From the NCBI GenBank assembly GCA_046483495.1, contig JAWODC010000040.1:56510-120509 (forward strand): 64,000 bases of DNA, given 5' to 3'. A program made the translations under genes and the position numbers. This DNA is from Desulfobacterales bacterium (GTDB taxonomy: Bacteria; Desulfobacterota; Desulfobacteria; Desulfobacterales; UBA5616). Positions 59,120 through 64,000 of this stretch are shown here, piece after piece. The notes under the pieces were generated by a model. That model made no database searches. It was not told the DNA's origin and was given only the letters and a program-made list of their open reading frames with translations. The first letter of the stretch is position 1. Each line of letters starts with the position of its first letter.

Positions 59120-59917
59120 GTGAACTTTACTAAACCGAAAGACGTGCTTTCGACCATGGACAAGACGCTCAAAATGGCTTCCGAACACCTGGATTTTTTC
59201 TACGGGGATTTTCAGGCGCTTTACGATGTTTCTCTGAAATTTTATGAAAACGAGGTTGCCGCGCTCATCGGGCCGTCCGGCTGCGGCAAGAGCACTTACC
59301 TGCGGTGTCTAAACCGGATGAACGATCTCATTCCCATCAGCCGTGTCGCGGGCAAGGTGCTTATGGACGATTTTAACATTTACGCATCATCCGTCGATGT
59401 GGTGACGCTTCGCCGCCGCATCGGCATGGTGTTTCAGAAGCCCAATCCGTTTCCTAAAACCGTATTCGAAAATGTCGCATACGGTCTGCGGGTGAACGGC
59501 ATTCGGGATAAATCCATAATCAGGGACCGGGTGGAGGACAGCTTGAAAAAGGCCGCGATCTGGGATGAGGTAAAAGACCGGTTGAACGATTCCGCCCTGG
59601 GGTTGTCCGGAGGTCAGCAGCAGCGGCTCTGCATTGCACGGGCACTGGCGGTCGAACCCGAGGTGCTGCTGATGGATGAACCCGCTTCCGCCCTGGACCC
59701 GATTGCAACCCAGAAGATCGAGGATCTGATTCATCATTTGAAAGAATCGCTAACCATTATTATCGTGACCCACAACATGCAGCAGGCCGCCAGGGTATCC
59801 GACATCACGGCCTTTTTCTATATGGGAAAACTCATCGAGGTCGGGGAGACGGATACGATTTTCACCCGTCCTAAAATCAAGCAGACCGAAGATTATATTA
59901 CCGGCCGATTCGGCTGA
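59120..59917 (+). CDS. pstB: Phosphate ABC transporter ATPase PstB
   Basis: [37 protein letters not shown]; start may be 59156. Confidence 0.97.
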   Translation: MNFTKPKDVLSTMDKTLKMASEHLDFFYGDFQALYDVSLKFYENEVAALIGPSGCGKSTYLRCLNRMNDLIPISRVAGKVLMDDFNIYASSVDVVTLRRRIGMVFQKPNPFPKTVFENVAYGLRVNGIRDKSIIRDRVEDSLKKAAIWDEVKDRLNDSALGLSGGQQQRLCIARALAVEPEVLLMDEPASALDPIATQKIEDLIHHLKESLTIIIVTHNMQQAARVSDITAFFYMGKLIEVGETDTIFTRPKIKQTEDYITGRFG

Positions 59918-59931
59918 TCAGGAGACGAGCC

Positions 59932-60588
59932 ATGACGGTTTATTTCCAGAAGGAATTGGAAAAAATAAAAAAACGGATACTGGCCCTGGGCTCTTTGGTT
60001 GAAGAGAGGGTCCGGATGGCGGCCAAGGCTCTGGAATCGTTCGACACGGCGGCTGCAGAAAAAATTGAGACCATGGATTTTGAAATCGACGAGATGGAAG
60101 TCGAAGTGGAGGAGGAATGTCTCAAAATTTTGGCTTTGTATCAACCCGTTGCTGTGGATCTGCGTTTTTTGACCGCTGTCATTAAAATCAACAACGATCT
60201 GGAAAGAATCGGCGATGAAGCCGTCAATATCGCTCAGCGCATTCAAACCATTGCCAAATCGAGGCGGGACAAATTCTTCTTTGACTATTCCGATATGGCC
60301 GAAAAAGCCAAGGATATGCTGAAAAAGAGCCTGGATTCGCTCGTTAACATGGATGTGGATATGGCCTTTGGTGTATTGGTCATGGATGATGAAGTGGATG
60401 CCATGCATCGAATCGCCTACGATACCATCAAAGGCTATATCCGTGAGCATCCGGATAACGTCACGTATCTCCTGAATTTATACCTGATTTCACGTCACCT
60501 GGAGCGGCTCGCCGACCATGCCACCAATATCGCGGAAGAAGTGATCTATCTCATCGAAGGCGAGATTGTTCGGCATGAAGGGTTCTAA
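59932..60588 (+). CDS. phoU: Phosphate signalling protein PhoU
   Basis: QPVAVDLR, DLERIGD, HLERLADHATNIAE. Confidence 0.95.
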   Translation: MTVYFQKELEKIKKRILALGSLVEERVRMAAKALESFDTAAAEKIETMDFEIDEMEVEVEEECLKILALYQPVAVDLRFLTAVIKINNDLERIGDEAVNIAQRIQTIAKSRRDKFFFDYSDMAEKAKDMLKKSLDSLVNMDVDMAFGVLVMDDEVDAMHRIAYDTIKGYIREHPDNVTYLLNLYLISRHLERLADHATNIAEEVIYLIEGEIVRHEGF

Positions 60589-60621
60589 AGTTTAGGACAC
60601 TGCAGCACCTTCCTCTAGTTC

Positions 60622-60764
60622 GTGCCCATCCAGAAATGGCGAATTTGCTCCATTTCGGTGTTGGCCGGTAAAATCTAATCCTGCAAATTCTCAATGTATT
60701 CATGTGGTTAAAATTTACCGGCCGCCTTGAACGGAATCGAATTTTCTCATTTCCGGATGGGCGA
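60622..60764 (-). mobile_element. ~143-bp palindromic MITE-like element, subfamily A
   Basis: Ends GTGCCCATCCAGAAATG/CATTTCCGGATGGGCGA; stem GGCCGGTAAA/TTTACCGGCC; flanked by TAGTTC at 60616-60621 and 60765-60770. Confidence 0.75.
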
Positions 60765-60885
60765 TAGTTCATATCACCGAAAAAAGAGTTTTGAAATTCC
60801 GCTTACGAAGTGATAGTGGAAGTGTGTTTTCCTGGTCGTAAGAAAAATAGAACTGAACAGATCGCAACCGGAAAAAAGGGCCGAA

Positions 60886-62340
60886 TTGAACCGTAACCGA
60901 ATACCTGAAGACGTAAAGCGGGTTCACATGATTGCCGTGTGCGGGACAGGCATGGGCGCCCTGGCCTGTATGCTGAAGGACAAGGGATATATGGTGACCG
61001 GTTCGGACAGTGCCGTGTATCCGCCCATGAGCACGTTTTTACAAAGCAGGGGGATTCCGATTTTCGACGGTTTTCATGAGCGGAATCTCGATTCCGGGCC
61101 CGACCTGGTCATTGTGGGCAATGCCGTACGCCGGGACAATCCGGAAGCGCTTCGAACGGCTGAGCTGGGCCTGAATTTCTGTTCCATGCCGCAAGCGGTC
61201 AATCGGTTTATTGCGGATGGAAAGAAAACAGTGCTGGTTGCCGGAACTCACGGGAAAACCACCACATCGGCATTGGCCGCCGGCTTGCTGACGGAAGCCG
61301 GATATGACCCGTCTTTTTTCATTGGGGGCATTCTGACGGATTATGCGAGCAATTACCGACTTGGATCGGGTGATTACATCGTGATCGAGGGCGATGAATA
61401 TGATACGGCCTATTTCGATAAGGAGCCGAAATTTCTTCATTACTTCCCGCACGTTGGCATTTTGACCGGTGTTGAATTCGATCATGCCGATATTTTCAAA
61501 GATATCGAGCATGTAAAGAAAGCGTTCGAGAAGTTTGTATCCAAGCTGAATAGGGGTGATACCCTGGTGGCTTATGATGACAACGCCATTGTCGATGAAT
61601 TGGTCGGCCGATCGTCATGCCGGGTCATGCGATACGGCGTAAAACCCGGCTCGGAATGGTCGGTAAAAAATATTCATGTCCATCCGCCGTGGACGGAGTT
61701 CGATGTTGTCGGATTCGGCAAACCTTATGGCCGTTTTAGATCCCGATTGATGGGCATGCACAATGTGGTCAACGCCCTGGCCGTGATTGCCGCTTCCGGG
61801 ATATTGGAAGTGCCTGCCGAGAAAACGATCAGGGCGCTTTCGGCATTTTCAGGCGTAAAGCGGCGCCAGGAGATCCGCGGCATGAAAAACGGCATCACGG
61901 TTATGGATGATTTCGCCCATCACCCGACGGCCGTCAGGGAAACCATTGCCGCGGTGAGGCCTTTTTACCCGGACGGACGGATCATCGCCGTGTACGAGCC
62001 GCGGACGAATACGAGTATGCGGAATGTGTTTCAGCGTGTCTACCCGGATGCGTTCAGCAAAGCAGATATCATTTGTATCCGCAAGCCGCCGCTTTTAAGC
62101 AAAATCCCTCCGGAGGAGCGGTTTTCATCGAAAAAACTGGTGTCGGATCTACAAAAAAAAGGAAAGAATGCCCATTATTTTCAGGAAACGGAACCGATTA
62201 TCGAATTTTTAAAGACGGTATCCAAACCCAAAGATCTCATTCTCATTATGTCAAACGGTGGATTTGACAATATACACGAGCGGGTACTGGAAGCGCTGTG
62301 CCCCGTTCGCCGACCGAATGAACCTTCCAAACGTCCGTAA
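60886..62340 (+). CDS. mpl: Murein peptide ligase Mpl
   Basis: VCGTGMGALA, VYPPMS, AGTHGKTTT, EGDEYDTAYFDK, DDFAHHPTA, EPRTNT, MSNGGF. Confidence 0.92.
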   Translation: MNRNRIPEDVKRVHMIAVCGTGMGALACMLKDKGYMVTGSDSAVYPPMSTFLQSRGIPIFDGFHERNLDSGPDLVIVGNAVRRDNPEALRTAELGLNFCSMPQAVNRFIADGKKTVLVAGTHGKTTTSALAAGLLTEAGYDPSFFIGGILTDYASNYRLGSGDYIVIEGDEYDTAYFDKEPKFLHYFPHVGILTGVEFDHADIFKDIEHVKKAFEKFVSKLNRGDTLVAYDDNAIVDELVGRSSCRVMRYGVKPGSEWSVKNIHVHPPWTEFDVVGFGKPYGRFRSRLMGMHNVVNALAVIAASGILEVPAEKTIRALSAFSGVKRRQEIRGMKNGITVMDDFAHHPTAVRETIAAVRPFYPDGRIIAVYEPRTNTSMRNVFQRVYPDAFSKADIICIRKPPLLSKIPPEERFSSKKLVSDLQKKGKNAHYFQETEPIIEFLKTVSKPKDLILIMSNGGFDNIHERVLEALCPVRRPNEPSKRP

Positions 62341-62569
62341 TTCCAGTCGGATTCTCACGAATACTGCGGCCCCGTACCCCAAATCGTATCGAACGGTGAA
62401 GATGTTTTTACAAACGATGGTTGCTTGCATTTTAGGGCAAAGGTGCCTATTATAATAGGTTACGTGTGAATCGGGTGGTTTTTAACATCAACGAAAGAAC
62501 CGGCGTCAAAACAGCCGTATCGCAAAACACCCAAATAAAGGCCCTGTTGCAAATGGTTAACGATATACG

Positions 62570-62650
62570 ATGGTTCAGACCCAAAACGAACAATATTTAG
62601 TAATTTCAGATCTTCATCTTGGCATCAAAGAATCCACGATCAATCAGCCT
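62570..62650 (+). other. Truncated 5' end of a metallophosphoesterase gene
   Basis: MVQTQNEQYLVISDLHLG carries motif I (DxH); the rest of the listed ORF is the antisense of gloA. Confidence 0.55.
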
Positions 62651-62836
62651 CCGGTCCCAGTTATAGGTGAGTTCGAGCTGGGCGTCCTCGTCGCCGGGCG
62701 CGGCGAGGAAGATCAGCGTGAAGCGGCCCTTTTCGCTGTCGCGGCGGCGCAGTTCGCGCAGGCCCAGCTTGTTGCAATAGAAATCAAGCGAATCGTCGAT
62801 GTCGCTGACGCGGACCATCGTGTGCAGATATTTCAT
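62651..62836 (-). CDS. gloA: Lactoylglutathione lyase (glyoxalase I), 5' half only
   Basis: RBS AGGAGG; MKYLHTMVRV..SLDFY..LGL..GRFTLIFL..ELTYNWD, then homology stops. Confidence 0.8.
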
Positions 62837-63326
62837 CAGCCTCCTCCTGCATTGTTCCGGCAGGCGGCGAATCGATCCCGCCGCATGGGCAATCTCGGCT
62901 GTCTTGGAGTTAATCCCGGTGCGGCAACGGCGCAAGCGGTCGTTTGGCCGCTGGTGACAGCGTGAATAGCCTGTTGCCACTGCGTCCAGGTCGCTGATTC
63001 GTGAAAATTCCCGTATTTGTTGCATTTTTGCGCTGGACGCTCGTTAACATTTATGCAACCTAAACGTGTGTCGCGGTGCCGGTGGGCGTTTTCCACCTGT
63101 TGCCCGTCCGAAAACTTGGTGGAAAGTCAATCACTTGGAGTTGCACGGCAAATTGCCGGAGATAACGGGGGTGAAAATGGCGTTACAAACCCGGCGCTCG
63201 GCGCTAAATTCCGATAGCTAGCAAGACACGCGGCTGATACGTAGTGAAAACAGTGCTCCGGTGACCGTGGGCGGAGAGGGCAACTCGCCAGCGGGCGCCG
63301 GATCAAAGTAAGCGGGGGACTGACTA

Positions 63327-63905
63327 ATGGGGGATAAACAACCTCCTCATTCCACGACTCTATCTGAGCTTTCCAAGTCCGGGGGCATGGACGTCGCCGT
63401 CATCGCCGGACAGATCAAGTGGTTCGACGCCTCCAAGGGGTTCGGCTTCATCGTGCCGGACAACGGTTTGCCGGATGTGCTCTTGCACGTGACTGTGCTG
63501 CGGCGTGACGGTTTTCAGACGGCGCATGAGGGGGCGCGTGTCGTCTGCGAGGTCACCAACAGCGAAAAGGGGCTGCAGGCGATTCGCGTCATCGACATGG
63601 ACGAAAGCACCGCCGTGCACCCGTCGCAGCTTCCTCAGCGCACGAAGGTGAAGGTCGAGCCGGAAAGCGACTGGGAACGGGCCATGGTCAAATGGTTCAA
63701 CCGGCAGCGGGGCTTCGGTTTCTTGACACGCGGCGAGGGAACCGAGGATATCTTCGTGCATATGGAAACCCTGCGCCGGTTCGGCTTCGCGGAACTGCGC
63801 CCTTTGCAGATCGTTCAGGTGCGTTATGGCAAAGGCGAGAAAGGTCTCATGGCGGCGGAGCTTCGCCCGGACGGCAAGCCGTCGATCCTTTCCTCTTCGC
63901 ACTGA
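63327..63905 (+). CDS. Double cold-shock-domain protein (alphaproteobacterial type)
   Basis: [22 protein letters not shown] and [23 protein letters not shown]. Confidence 0.9.
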   Translation: MGDKQPPHSTTLSELSKSGGMDVAVIAGQIKWFDASKGFGFIVPDNGLPDVLLHVTVLRRDGFQTAHEGARVVCEVTNSEKGLQAIRVIDMDESTAVHPSQLPQRTKVKVEPESDWERAMVKWFNRQRGFGFLTRGEGTEDIFVHMETLRRFGFAELRPLQIVQVRYGKGEKGLMAAELRPDGKPSILSSSH

Positions 63906-63915
63906 GCCGCAGAAC

Positions 63916-64000
63916 GTGAGCGACGGCAGACACTGGTTTGCCGCGCTCGCCGTTTTGCTTGGCGCGTTGCTGATGAGCGCCGCCAGCGTGGATGCGGGCG
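63916..64000 (+). CDS. 5' end of a secreted protein (runs off window)
   Basis: GTG start; SDGRHWFAALAVLLGALLMSAASVDAG resembles a signal peptide. Confidence 0.45.
   Translation, partial: MSDGRHWFAALAVLLGALLMSAASVDAG

Noticed and set aside
62570..63025. Full-length ORFs 62570-62965 (+) and 62606-63025 (-)
   Set aside because: Both read through the junction and are chimeric; only the fragments are supported
1..64000. Many long antisense/overlapping ORFs (e.g. 1989-2774, 10467-11339, 21072-21938, 42931-43818, 50465-51331)
   Set aside because: Shadows of well-supported genes in GC-rich DNA, with no protein motifs
1..64000. tRNA, rRNA, riboswitches, selenocysteine read-through
   Set aside because: No cloverleaf, rRNA-like tract, recognisable aptamer or TGA-split gene seen by eye; a covariance-model search would be needed to exclude them

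Overview
Bases 1 to about 62,650 are gene-dense chromosome from what looks like an anaerobic deltaproteobacterium (Desulfobacterales-like; inferred from gene content and protein style). The segment holds housekeeping, lipid, carbon and CoA-acid metabolism genes, a complete pho/pst locus and mpl. Highlights: (i) an SOS mutagenesis cassette lexA-DUF72-imuB-like-dnaE2 with no imuA, whose sigma70 promoter is overlapped by three perfect AATGTAAAT repeats at 12-bp period and flanked by a G-quadruplex motif and a heptamer-built palindrome; (ii) four ~140-bp palindromic MITE-like elements with a conserved scaffold, covarying stems and TA or 6-bp target duplications; (iii) a CysRS paralog with altered Zn/cysteine pocket residues and no anticodon domain, upstream of a NodIJ-type exporter and a double CDP-alcohol phosphotransferase; (iv) an LvaAB/ACAD10-like kinase pair near a 4-hydroxybutyryl-CoA dehydratase. 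At about 62,650 two genes are cut at the same point and the sequence switches to alphaproteobacterial-type DNA (gloA fragment, double-CSD cold-shock gene), most likely a contig junction or chimera. I found no rRNA, tRNA, CRISPR array or transposase. All calls come from reading the sequence by eye; no searches were run.
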